DNA of 64,000 nt from Mytilus californianus. Its lineage: Eukaryota. How positions within the stretch are numbered: position 1 is the stretch's first letter; each line of letters opens with the position of its first letter. The stretch is from the NCBI RefSeq assembly GCF_021869535.1, contig NW_026262668.1, positions 113,832,001-113,896,000 on the forward strand. The letters are read 5' to 3'. Of this stretch, positions 50,435 through 61,650 are shown piece after piece. The notes below the pieces were generated by a model that was not told where the DNA came from, made no database searches, and was given only the letters and a program-made list of their open reading frames with translations. The translations under genes and the position numbers were made by a program.

Positions 50435-51680
50435 TCACGTTATGTAGATTAGAAGGCCACTGGGCGGATTAACTGTTTTGTTAACTGTGTAACCTTCTGA
50501 AAATAAAGAATGTATTATTATTAATTATAGAATATTAAACTTAACTTAATATGTCTATGTGAATATTTATACGAAACCTAACTTAATATGTCTATGTGAA
50601 TATTTATACGAAAATACTTAACATTATTTTTTTTATGTTTTTCATGTAAATATAATTGTTCAGTTCAAATAAATAAATAATTATCAGAACTTAAAAAAAA
50701 ACTATTCCTGCTAAACTTCAAACTCTGTTGCATGGTTATAGCATGTATAGTATAGACAAGAAAACGTTAATTTTTCTCAAAGTACAGAAAATATATTGCT
50801 TCTAGTCGCTTTTTATAGAGTATAGATAATTGCTAATATAAACGTTTTCAATTTATCTACTTTGTTGTTTGTTTACTCCGATTGAAATTGAAAAAAAAAA
50901 TCGGTTAAAGACATGGATCACTCTCGTGATGTATATAACATTCTATTATTTTGACAACAACGGCTTCTGATTGCTTTAATTTAAAATTAAAATCTTACTT
51001 TCAGAATTAATATTAATTCCGTGATTTAAATCACCAAATTGTTCTTATGACAAATAAATTTACGAGCAACTCGACTTTTAGAAAACAACGATCCGTTTGG
51101 TTTCAATACTTGTTCATCAGAAGGAATTTACAAATGTTGCCGTTGTTCACCCCCCCCCCCCTTTAAACACACTTTCCAAAAAAAATGAAGAAAAAAAATC
51201 TTAGGCGCCAAGAAAAGTTTTAAGGCTTAGAAAGAACTGAATAAAAATATTTAAATGCATTATATCTTTCAGAAAAATAGAAAAAAAATCCTTGATTTTG
51301 TGATTCGTTTGGCATAAATTTGGCAACTAGACTAAGTACCCCTTTAAAGTTTACAGTATTCAAAGCCATACACAGGAGGGGTTGCTTGAACGTAAATTAA
51401 CTTTAGACTCCGTAGATTTTTCAAATTGTTAATTAAATCTCATAAGTTTTTTTGGTAATTATACTCCAATGTTTAGGCCAAAGAGTCCTTTGTTCATATC
51501 CTCCCGTCTTCTTTGGGAGTTCTAATGTGTTGACAATCTTTAAGATATATGAAGTTTTTTTGTATATCCAGTTTGAGCGAATATAAAGCTTATATGTCAA
51601 ATGAGCAAGAACGGGTACATGAGTCTAAAGATATTTTCATTAATTTTACTTCTTTATTTTTATTTTTGTTTCTGTTTTAT

Positions 51681-51890
51681 GTTTACTTTCGATATTGTTC
51701 ATTGCGTGTATGTTTACTTTCGATATTGTTCATTACGTGTATGTTTACTTTCGATATTGTTCATTGCGTGTTTGTTTACTTTCGATATTGTTCATTACGT
51801 GTTTGTTTACTTTCGATATTGTTCATTACGTGTTTGTTTACTTTCGATATTGTTCATGTTTGTTTACTTTCGATATTGTTCATTACGTGT
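51681..51890. repeat. 31-bp minisatellite, about 7 copies, ARSB intron 6
   Basis: GTTTACTTTCGATATTGTTCATT(A/G)CGTGT(A/T)T repeated. Confidence 0.95.
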
Positions 51891-51995
51891 TTGATATTGA
51901 ACAAATGTTATGTTACTAAATGTTTTAAATATTATTAAATCTTTTTAAGTTTTGCATAATACATATTTATTTTTGATTTTGATTTAATATATAAG

Positions 51996-52147
51996 TGGAA
52001 GAGAGAAGAGCCCTAGAGAAGTCATACTACATGGCATTGATCCCTTAGCACGACCGCAGGGTAAATCGTTATTAAACAGTAGTTTTGATACGAGGACAAA
52101 AGCTGCTATTCGATATAAAGACTACAAACTTCTGACAGGAAATCCAG
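51996..52147 (+). CDS. ARSB: Arylsulfatase B-like, exon 7
   Basis: AAG|SGREKSPREVILHGIDP..AAIRYKDYKLLTGNP|GTAAAT, 152 nt. Confidence 0.88.
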
Positions 52148-53935
52148 GTAAATATTAACTTTGTTTGCAACATTTATACATGTATATTACCGTATAGCTT
52201 GATCACGAAACTCCGTTTGATTTAATGGCAAAGATTAAGGAATTTACCTGTTTTTTTATTTGTTTTGGAGGGTTTGTTTTTTTTTGCATTTTCGAATGCA
52301 AGGCATTTTTGCAAAAACATTATTCTCTCTCTCATCGAGACTGTCACCAATACATGTTCAGATCTTGTTGGTTATTAATTGCTAGTAAATATCTGTTTTA
52401 AATGCAGATATATATGTTTAAATGCAACCGGTTTAAATGCATACCATTTATAATTTTGTTCGCACAACTTTTACGTTTACATCAGACACTCAAAAGTTAT
52501 ATGAAATATTGTATTTGACAATATACAATTATGGCCCGTTGAAAAGGTGAATATCCAAAATTGTCAACACGAGAAGTTATTACCCAATAGAATTGTTTGA
52601 AACATATGTAAGGTATAATAATACAAATTATTCATCAAAAAGGGATTGAAATTGCATATCAAATTTACAGATAGCCCAATGAGAAAAATATTTTTTGACG
52701 CAAGGCTTTCATCTACATCTTTTAAAGTTTCATATTTTTTTCCTGTTGCAGAAGGTGGTAATGTACATATTTGTTTTGTACTTCCATCTACTAGTTGGCA
52801 CTCCTGGTCTACGGGGTCATGTAAATTTTTGGTATTCTTTTAGAATCCATCGTTCGTAAACTTTTAAATCATCAACTTCTTCTCAGAAAATGTTTGTCCA
52901 ACTTAAACTTGACAGGATTTCCTAACATTTGTTGTTTATACCAATGCATTATTCTTTTGAAAATTCCAAGGTCAAATTTGATATCATTTATATTTGATCC
53001 CTTTTTGCCAATTGGTTTTGACATTAACAGAACTGCGACGATGAGCGGAATAATTACAATCATAATCATCAAACACATACAATAGTTTAAAAATACAATA
53101 ATATAATTGTTTCGAGTTAATTCATATTTTGCCAGATATCAACTGTAACAGGATATATGTTTTTTGTGAATCTATTCGAATAGATATTCCCTCTGTATCT
53201 TCCTACAATATCACATGAAACCAGAACCGTATTACCTTGTTTGCCATAGAAACGAGATCCAAGAGATCAGCGCCTTATGTATGCCCAAACTTTTATTTGA
53301 AACTATTTCTTGTAATTTGTGTATCAGAAAACGTAATATTCTCTGTGTACTTTTGAATTCCTTTTTAAGCGTAATACAGCCACCAAAAATTGTCTTTTTT
53401 GTCAACTATACAAATTTTCTGCATCCACGGTATAATATTTGCCACTTAATACTCCAATAAATAGAGCACTGAACCAGGACAATGGTGCACAGAACGTGGA
53501 CAAAGTCATATTAACCTCAGGAAAATTTCGTTTTGCGTTATTCGTTTGTAATAAAAATCGTTGTAGTATAAGTGGTGAAAAAGTCATCAATAGAATTGTT
53601 GTTTTAATTGTCGTTCTATTACAATGTTATAAAACCCACACCACCGATAAGGACCAATTCACCATCCAGCAAAGAAGATTCTCTCGCAGGACAACGTAAG
53701 TCAACGTGCGTTTGTTAAACTTGAACCATGTACATGTAGATACATAGAGATATCTTTTGGTTTTTGTGTTGCTGGGTTGCTGTCTAATTAATGTATACGC
53801 AGCATTTCCTCTAACTCATACGTTAAAATAAGTTAGATTTGATTAGGTAAGAATTTTAACGTTTACGAAGAATAAGTGGATACTATATTATTACGATTGT
53901 ATGGCATTCAATATCAGAGTATATTTTCATTTAAG

Positions 53936-54201
53936 GGTACAAAACTTATAATCCAAACCCAAGAACAGGTTTGGCAAGAAAAATACCGGAAGAGTCAAGA
54001 AAGAAAAACGTTTGGTTATTTAATATAAAAGACGATCCTTTAGAGACAACTGATTTATCAGCAAGACGTCCACAAATAGTAAAGGAAATGTTAGAGATGC
54101 TAGCTCAGTTTGAAAAATCTTCTGTACCTGTAAGATATCCGCGTAGTGATCCACAGGCAAATCCTGAATTACGTGGTGGATTCTGGGGACCATGGCGTTA
54201 A
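53936..54201 (+). CDS. ARSB: Arylsulfatase B-like, exon 8 (last)
   Basis: AAG|[31 protein letters not shown]. All eight exons sum to 1464 nt, in frame. Confidence 0.9.
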
Positions 54202-54293
54202 CGAATATCATTCTCCACTACGCATGTGCTTTCAAAACTCTCTCTAAGGAAATTAAATTAGAATTAAAATAACATGTATATAACAACATAAGT

Positions 54294-54673
54294 AGATATA
54301 AGAAGATGTGGTATGAGTGCCAATGAGACAACTCTCCATCCAGGTCACAATTTGTAAAAGTAAACCATCATAGGTCAAAGTACGGCCTACAACACGGAGC
54401 CTTGGCTCACACCGAACAGCAAGCTATAAAGGACCCCAAAAATGACGTGTGTAAAACCATTCAAACAGGAAAACCAACGGTCTAATCTATATAAAAAACA
54501 AGAAACGAGAAACACTTATGAACCACATCAACAAACGACAACCACTGAACAACAGGTTCCTGACTTGGGACAGGTGCAAACAAATGCAGCGGGTTTAAAC
54601 GTTTTAATAGTCACCAACCTTCACCCTACCTGAAACAATAGTGTAACATCACAACATAGAAAGACACACTATA
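54294..54673. repeat. Young copy of the dispersed repeat just 3' of the ARSB stop
   Basis: Direct-orientation match to 45488-45872. Confidence 0.85.
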
Positions 54674-55559
54674 AGACTTATTCAGTTACATTATATAGAC
54701 TATGTAACTATGTTTATACAGAACGGCCATCTAGTATTTGAGGGGTATACATGTGGTGATGGTAGCAATATATAATGATTTGAAGTCATTGGGGGATTTT
54801 GTCGGCCACGTTATATTTTGTGATAAAGCATTCTATTGCATTGCTTACTTTGACGACGTTGAATAAATGGGCAAAGTGGTCTAGTTTTACCAACTTTAGA
54901 AATATCAAATCTAGATGGGGTATCTTCAAAGGTACAAGGACAATAAAATAGGGTTAAAAAAAATAATCATATGTAAGTTTTCAATTCATGAGTTTTTAAT
55001 CTCAGAAATAAGGAGTAAGAAGGTTGGTGAATCATACTGATTTCAATCTACGTCCAATCATGGAGTGCTGTGAAATATAGTAAAACTTGATATTGGATCG
55101 AATAAGAAAAATGTAATGTTGACGTGGTAACTGGTGGCTTTTAATAACTTTTTGTTATAAGTCGTCAAATATTCAAGGTCAAAGGTATTTCGAATATAAT
55201 CTAGACAACACTGTAGAACAAGTTTAATTCTAATTTGGGTTTTTTTTTTCCAATTGTTTGTTTGATTTTTATTTATTATTTTGTTGATTTTGTTTATTTT
55301 TTTTTGTTTCTAGTCTTTTGTTGTTTTTTGTCGTTGTTTTTTGGAGTGGGGAAGGACATAACGACATCTGTTTTTTTTGTATATCAATTTGCTGGTTGAC
55401 CTAAGATAGAAAATATGTTTTTGACGTTTTGTTTGTTTGTTTGTTTTATTTTGTTTTGTTTGTTTTGCTTTGTTTTTATGTTTTTTTGCTTTTGCTTTTT
55501 TGGGAAGGGGGCCTGCGGGGATAACAACATTAGTTAATAGATCAATTTACCCATTGAAC

Positions 55560-56150
55560 TTAAGGGACCTAAAAGGAACAGTCAAATGCATATCAACTTT
55601 GCCTGAGGGATTTGGAATCTTAGTTTCCTAGCAATTTCTTACTTCATCAACGAGGAATTTTAGAAAAATATGCTATAAGTCCTGTCAATTTATTAGCACT
55701 GACTAATGAGTTGATGAAACCCTCCGGGACTAACTGTCCACCAACAGTGGAAATTGATTCAGTGCTAGTATATGAAAATAACACTTTATAAATTTCGTGC
55801 GTCCTATGCTCTTTTCTGTATTTAGATTTATCTGCTACGCTTTTCTGGACTTAACTTTATCTGCAACGCTTTTCTGGACTTAACTTTATCTGCAACGCTT
55901 TTCTGGACTTAACTTTATCTGCATCGCTTTTCTGCAAGGCACGAACCCAAACATTTGAAAATCAGGAATGTATAAATACTAAGACGAGTTAAGTCTTAAG
56001 AGTTGTGTATGACATAAAAGGACATAAGAGGAATAGCCATATTCATGTAAGGTTAACTTTGCCCGATGGAGTTAGAACCTTAGTTTCCGAGTAATTTCTT
56101 AATTCATCAAAGGAAAATTAAAGAAAAAAATATGTAATAAATCATATCTA
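55560..56150 (-). mobile_element. Degenerate family-C retrozyme tandem, interrupted by a 29-bp minisatellite (55828-55935)
   Basis: The reverse complement matches the 11760-12470 units (AGTCCC..CATCA.CTCA, AAGAAACTAAG), with HHR 3' half CAGAAAAGAGCATAGGACGCAC. Confidence 0.55.
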
Positions 56151-56284
56151 AATGCTGTGATTGAAATAGAATTTTTTTTATTTGTTTTAATTTTTTGATT
56201 TTTAATTTACATCAACAAACTTTTTTCCACTGCATAACACGAAACGAATAAACTACAGCACAATATAATTTGTCACAGTTGTTG

Positions 56285-59068
56285 GTCGACATCTGTCCAA
56301 ATATTACTGCAAGCTGCTGCTATGACAATGATAATGTAGGTCTACATCTGTCCAAATATTACTGCAAGCTGCTGCTATGACAATGATAATGTAGTTCTTC
56401 ATCTGACTAAATATTACTGCAAGCATCTCTTGTTGTTGTGAAATTGATAATGTAGGTCTATATCTACACAAATATTACTGTAATCATCTCATACTGTTGT
56501 TACAATGATAATGTGGGTCTACATCAGTCCAAATATTACTGCAAGCATCTCATGCTGTAATGACAATGGTTATGAAGGTTATATCTGTCTAAATATTACT
56601 GCAAGCATCTTGTGCTGTTGTTACAATGATAATGTAGGTCGACATCTGTCTAAATATTACTGCAAGCATCTTGTGCTGTTGTTACAATGATAATGTAGGT
56701 CGACATCTGTCCAAATATTACTGCAAGCATCTTATGCTGTTATGACAATGATAATGAAGGTTACATGTATATCTGTCTAACTTTTACTGCAATCATCTCA
56801 TACTGTTGTGACATTGATAATGTATGTCGACATCTGTCCAAATATTACTGCAAGCTTCTCATACTGTTGTGACATTGATAATGTAGGTCGACATCTGTCC
56901 AAATATTACTGCAAGCATCTCATGCTGTTGTGACAATGGTAATGAAGGTTATATCTGTCTAAATATTACTGCAAGCATCTTGTGCTGTTGTTTCAATGAT
57001 AATGTAGGTCGACATCTGTCTAAATATTACTGCAAGCATCTCATGATGTTATGACAATGATAATGAAGGTTAAATGTATATCTGTCCAAATATACCTGCA
57101 AGTATCTCATGCTGTTGTGACAATGATAATGAAGGTTATATCTGTCTAAATATTACTGCAAGCATCTTGTGCTGTTGTTTCAATGATAATGTAGGTCGAC
57201 ATCTGTCCAAATATTACTGCAAGCATCTTATGCTGTTATGACAATGATAATGAAGGTTACATGTATATCTGTCTAACTTTTACTGCAATCATCTCATACT
57301 GTTGTGACATTGATAATGTAGGTCGACATCTGTCCAAATATTACTGCAAGCATCTCATACTGTTGTGACATTGATAATGTAGGTCGACATTTGTCCAAAT
57401 ATTACTGCAAGCATCTAATGCTGTTATGACAATGGTAATGAGGGTTATATCTGTCTAAATATTACTGCAAGCATCTCATGATGTTATGACAATGAAAATG
57501 AAGGTAAATGTATATCTGTCTAAATATTACTGCAATCATCTCATACTGTTGTGACATTGATGATGTAGGTCGACATCTGTCCTAATATTACTGCAATCAT
57601 CTCAAACTGTTGTGACATTGATAATGTAGGTCGACATCTGTCCAAATATTACTGCAAGCATATCATGCTGTAATGACAATGGTTATGAAGGTTATATCTG
57701 TCTAAATATTACTGCAAGCATCTTGTGCTGTTGTTACAATGATAATGTAGGTCGACATCTGTCTAAATATTACTGCAAGCATCTTGTGCTGTTATGACAA
57801 TGATAATGAAGGTTACATGTATATCTGTCTAACTTTTACTGCAATCATCTCATACTGTTGTGACATTGATAATGTAGGTCGACATCTGTCCAAATATCAC
57901 TGCAAGCATCTCATACTGTTGTGACATTGATAATGTAGGTCGACATTTGTCCAAATATTACTGCAAGCATCTAATGCTGTTATGACAATGGTAATGAAGG
58001 TTATATCTGTCTAAATATTACTGCAAGCATCTCATGATGTTATGACAATGAAAATGTAGGTAAATGTATATCTGTCTAAATATTACTGCAATCATCTCAT
58101 ACTGTTGTGACATTGATGATGTAGGTCGACATCTGTCCAAATATTACTGCAAGCATCTCATGCTGTTGTGACAATGGTAATGAAGGTTATATCTGTCTAA
58201 ATATTACTGCAAGCATCTCATGATGTTATGACAATGATAATGAAGGTTAAATGTATATCTGTCCAAATATTACTGGAAGTATCTCATGCTGTTGTGACAA
58301 TGATAATGAAGGTTATATCTGTCTAAATATTACTGCAAGCATCTTGTGCTGTTGTTACAATGATAATGTAGGTCGACATCTGTCCAAATATTACTGCAAG
58401 CATCTTATGCTGTTATGACAATAATAATGAAGGTTACATGTATATCTGTCTAACTTTTACTGCAATCATCTCATACTGTTGTGACATTGATAATGTAGGT
58501 CGACATCTGTCCAAATATTACTGCAAGCATCTCATACTGTTGTGACATTGATAATGTAGGTCGACATCTGTCCAAATATTACTGCAAGCATCTTATGCTG
58601 TTATGACAATGATAATGAAGGTTACATGTATATCTGTCTAACTTTTACTGCAATCATCTCATACTGTTGTGACATTGATAATGTTGGTCGACATCTGTCC
58701 AAATATCACTGCAAGCATCTCATACTGTTGTGACATTGATAATGTAGGTCGACATTTGTCCAAATATTAATTACTGCAAGCATCTAATGCTGTTATGACA
58801 ATGGTAATGAAGGTTATATCTGTCTAAATATTACTGCAAGCATCTCATGATGTTATGACAATGAAAATGTAGGTAAATGTATATCTGTCTAAATATTACT
58901 GCAATCATCTCATACTGTTGTGACATTGATGATGTAGGTCGACATCTGTCCTAATATTACTGCAATCATCTCAAACTGTTGTGACATTGATAATGTAGGT
59001 CAACATCTGTCCAAATATTACTGCAAGCATCTCATGCTGTTATGACAATGATAATGTATGTCGACATC
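56285..59068. repeat. Satellite array, about 45 monomers of 60/61/65/66 bp with higher-order blocks
   Basis: Consensus CATCTGTCCAAATATTACTGCAAGCATCTCATACTGTTGTGACATTGATAATGTAGGTCGA. Two 55-bp edge monomers on the left; one orphan monomer at 59254-59314. Confidence 0.97.
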
Positions 59069-59432
59069 TTTTTTGACTAGAAGATATTTGATAAAGGTTA
59101 TACTTGAAAAACGTATCTAACTAGCTTCGTGAATAAATTACAGATCACTATTGGTAGTTATAATTGAGTGTAAGATACATTTTTTACAATTATCTTTGAG
59201 TGAAATTTTAATAATAACTGTCACATGGCCAGCATTATCATTAAAAAAAATATAATGTAGATCGACATCTGTCCAAGTATTACTGCAAGCATCTCATACT
59301 GTTATGCCAATGATATTTTATTATACTCAGTATGTTGATGACTCAGTCGTTCCTTCGTCTTCAAGCATGTTTGTATTTTTTTTTCTTTTACAGCGACGCA
59401 GCAATTGACACAGCTTCATAATAGCTGTTCAA

Positions 59433-60081
59433 TTTATGCCCCCGCCGCGGCAGAGGGGGCATTAAGTGTTACCCTTGACCGTCCGCCCGTCCGTCCGCCC
59501 GTCAGTTCCATTTTCGTTTCCGCACTCTAACTTAAGTTGTCATCATCCAAAAGGTATGAAACTGATACACAATGCTAAGAACCAAAACTTGCAGACAGAG
59601 TTCGAATTTGGGCAGTGAGTCATTTTCCGTTCCGAAGTTATGCCCCTTTATAACTTGGAACATTGCAAATTTGTTCGTTTCCGTACTCTAGCTTAAGTTT
59701 TCCCCTCCCAAATTTTATAAAACTCATACACAATGATAAAAACCAAAAATCGCAGACAGAGTTCGAATTTGGGCAGTGAGACACTTACCGTTCAAGAGTT
59801 ATGTCCCTTTATAACTTTGAAAATTGCAATTTTTTTCTTTGTGTCATCCAAATTTTACGAAAGTCATACACAATGCTAAGAACCACAACACCCAGACAGA
59901 GTTCAAATGTGGGTTGTGAGTCATTTAACGTTCTAGAGTTATGCACCCTTTTTTAACTTGCAGGGTTCACCACAGAATGAAAATCAAGGGTGGGGGAGAA
60001 AGTTCGATCGATCATCAAATCTTGGAAAATTGCAAAGCTTGAGCGGGGGCATTTGTGTCTTCAGACAGAGTCTTCTTTTTT
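59433..60081 (+). mobile_element. Helentron-type HINE-like element
   Basis: TTTATGCCCCC..GGGGGCAT left inverted pair, (GTCC)n microsatellite, three ~140-160 bp internal repeats, right GGGGGCAT plus TGTCT-TC-AGACA hairpin plus T-run. Confidence 0.75.
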
Positions 60082-60344
60082 GAACATTAATTTTATTAAA
60101 TTATTGTTATTTTACTAGGAACAACTTGATATCCGTTGAAATGTGACTTTATTTCTTACTAATTTCACCCCATTTGGCACCGCGGTATCACCACTAATGC
60201 AGGCATGATTAAGATAAAATAGTTTGACTGTTAAAGCCCAGTTAATAAATCGTGTAATTACAATACCATTAAGCAAAATTGAACTTAGACAATTCTGATT
60301 ATTCAGTTCAAATCCTTTACAATATACATTAGCGTATCTGATGA

Positions 60345-60388
60345 AGTGTATTCCGGAAATAATCCTGTCATGCGCATAGAAATATGTA
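60345..60388 (+). ncRNA. Degenerate hammerhead-like motif
   Basis: GCGTATCTGATGAAGTGTATTCCGGAAATAATCCTGTCATGCGC: CTGATGA and GAAA are present, stems are broken. Confidence 0.35.
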
Positions 60389-60759
60389 TAATTTTTCTTC
60401 GAAAAGAAACAGTTTTATGCTGCGATCAGCTTACTATTGTACTAAAAACAGATATAATAAATAATGCCAATTTCGTATAGTCGGGTTATTACCGTAAAGA
60501 CTATTGTTCGGATGTAAACATACCAACAAACAAAGACAAGCAACACCGAGCAACACACGGTCAAGATAGCCTGACTTGATACAGGCACAACATGTCGGTA
60601 ACACTATTTTCTAACTTTGGGCTAGAAAAAATGTTTCCATTTCAGGTTTGCAATTAGATCATGTATTATGGTTAAAGAATTTAAATCATGTATTAATCTA
60701 AACATGCCTTAGGATAAGACATTAACAGTCTTTTGTGATTAAAAAAGAGGCGGAAATTG

Positions 60760-61520
60760 CGAGGCAAGGGACATTCAAAAGTCGATGAAAAAATGGCAGT
60801 GACATGGCAAAAGAAAAACTACGAAAAGACGGACTAGTCCATAAAACACTATACAGAAAACTAATGACCGAGCAACACAAACCCGAGCCAAGATTCAGGT
60901 TCTCTGGAAGGATAAGCAGTTCCTGTTCCACATGTGGCACCCTTCGTTTGCTCATACAAGTACAAAGCAGGTGAAAAGTCTCATTTGATAATGATCCAAT
61001 AGAGAAAAAGAAGATAGGATTATGGTTACAATAATTGGAACATATCCGTGGTAATCTGTGACACAGATATTACGTAACATTTTACCAGCTTATGATAGCA
61101 TCAGTAAAAGTTTAGAAGGGATGACTTAAACTGCTCTATAGATGAAAGTATGATAAAAAACGCAAGCTCTGTAATATCATATCAACTGGTAGATACATAC
61201 ATGTTCTACATATGCAGGGGTTGCTGGAAGGATGCTACACAGAAATGGAAAGTGTTTATTTGGGAAGCTGAAATCATCCTTTTTGTCGTAAAGTTTTGTT
61301 CTCAACCATGTAGGACCCTCGTTGTCAATTTCTAGATATAAGTCAAGATATGAGGCAGACTGAATTGTATCTGTGTTATCCTTTATTTTAAGTGTGATGG
61401 GATAGATGCGTTCAATATAGTCACTAAACCTTAATTATTTACTGAGAGGACATCATCTATGTAGCAGAATGTAAAGTTAAAGAAGAATACTAGCTGCTTT
61501 TAATTTTTGTTCTGAGAAGC
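60760..61520 (-). mobile_element. Penelope-like RT fragment with tail (second subfamily)
   Basis: Minus strand FTFCYIDDVLS, IYP..LKIKD, SASYLDL, TKLYDKKDDFSF, TPAY. Confidence 0.75.
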
Positions 61521-61579
61521 TCCTGTATGAAGTCTACCTAATATGAATAAAGTAACAAATCGACAAGAAGAGGAGCACA

Positions 61580-61650
61580 GTTGGACAGACGGAAGGACGG
61601 ACAAGGGAAACACTTAATGCCCCCTCCGCCTCGGCGGAGGCATATAAACA
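61580..61650 (-). mobile_element. Isolated left end of the same HINE family as 59433
   Basis: Reverse complement TTTATGCCTCCGCCGAGGCGGAGGGGGCATTAAGTGTTTCCCTTGTCCGTCC. Confidence 0.7.

Noticed and set aside
51549-51938. Three overlapping hydrophobic ORFs
   Set aside because: Artefacts of the stop-poor 31-bp minisatellite in an intron.
52735-52830. Strong acceptor TTTTTCCTGTTGCAG as an extra ARSB exon
   Set aside because: Exons 7 and 8 already join in frame at ARSB length; the region resembles decayed repeat.
56505-56690. Cys-rich repeat protein encoded by the satellite
   Set aside because: Monomer lengths of 60/61/65/66 shift the frame, and stops recur in every frame.
56285-59068. CRISPR-like array
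   Set aside because: Monomers are contiguous and wholly homologous, with no unique spacers, no cas genes and a eukaryotic context.
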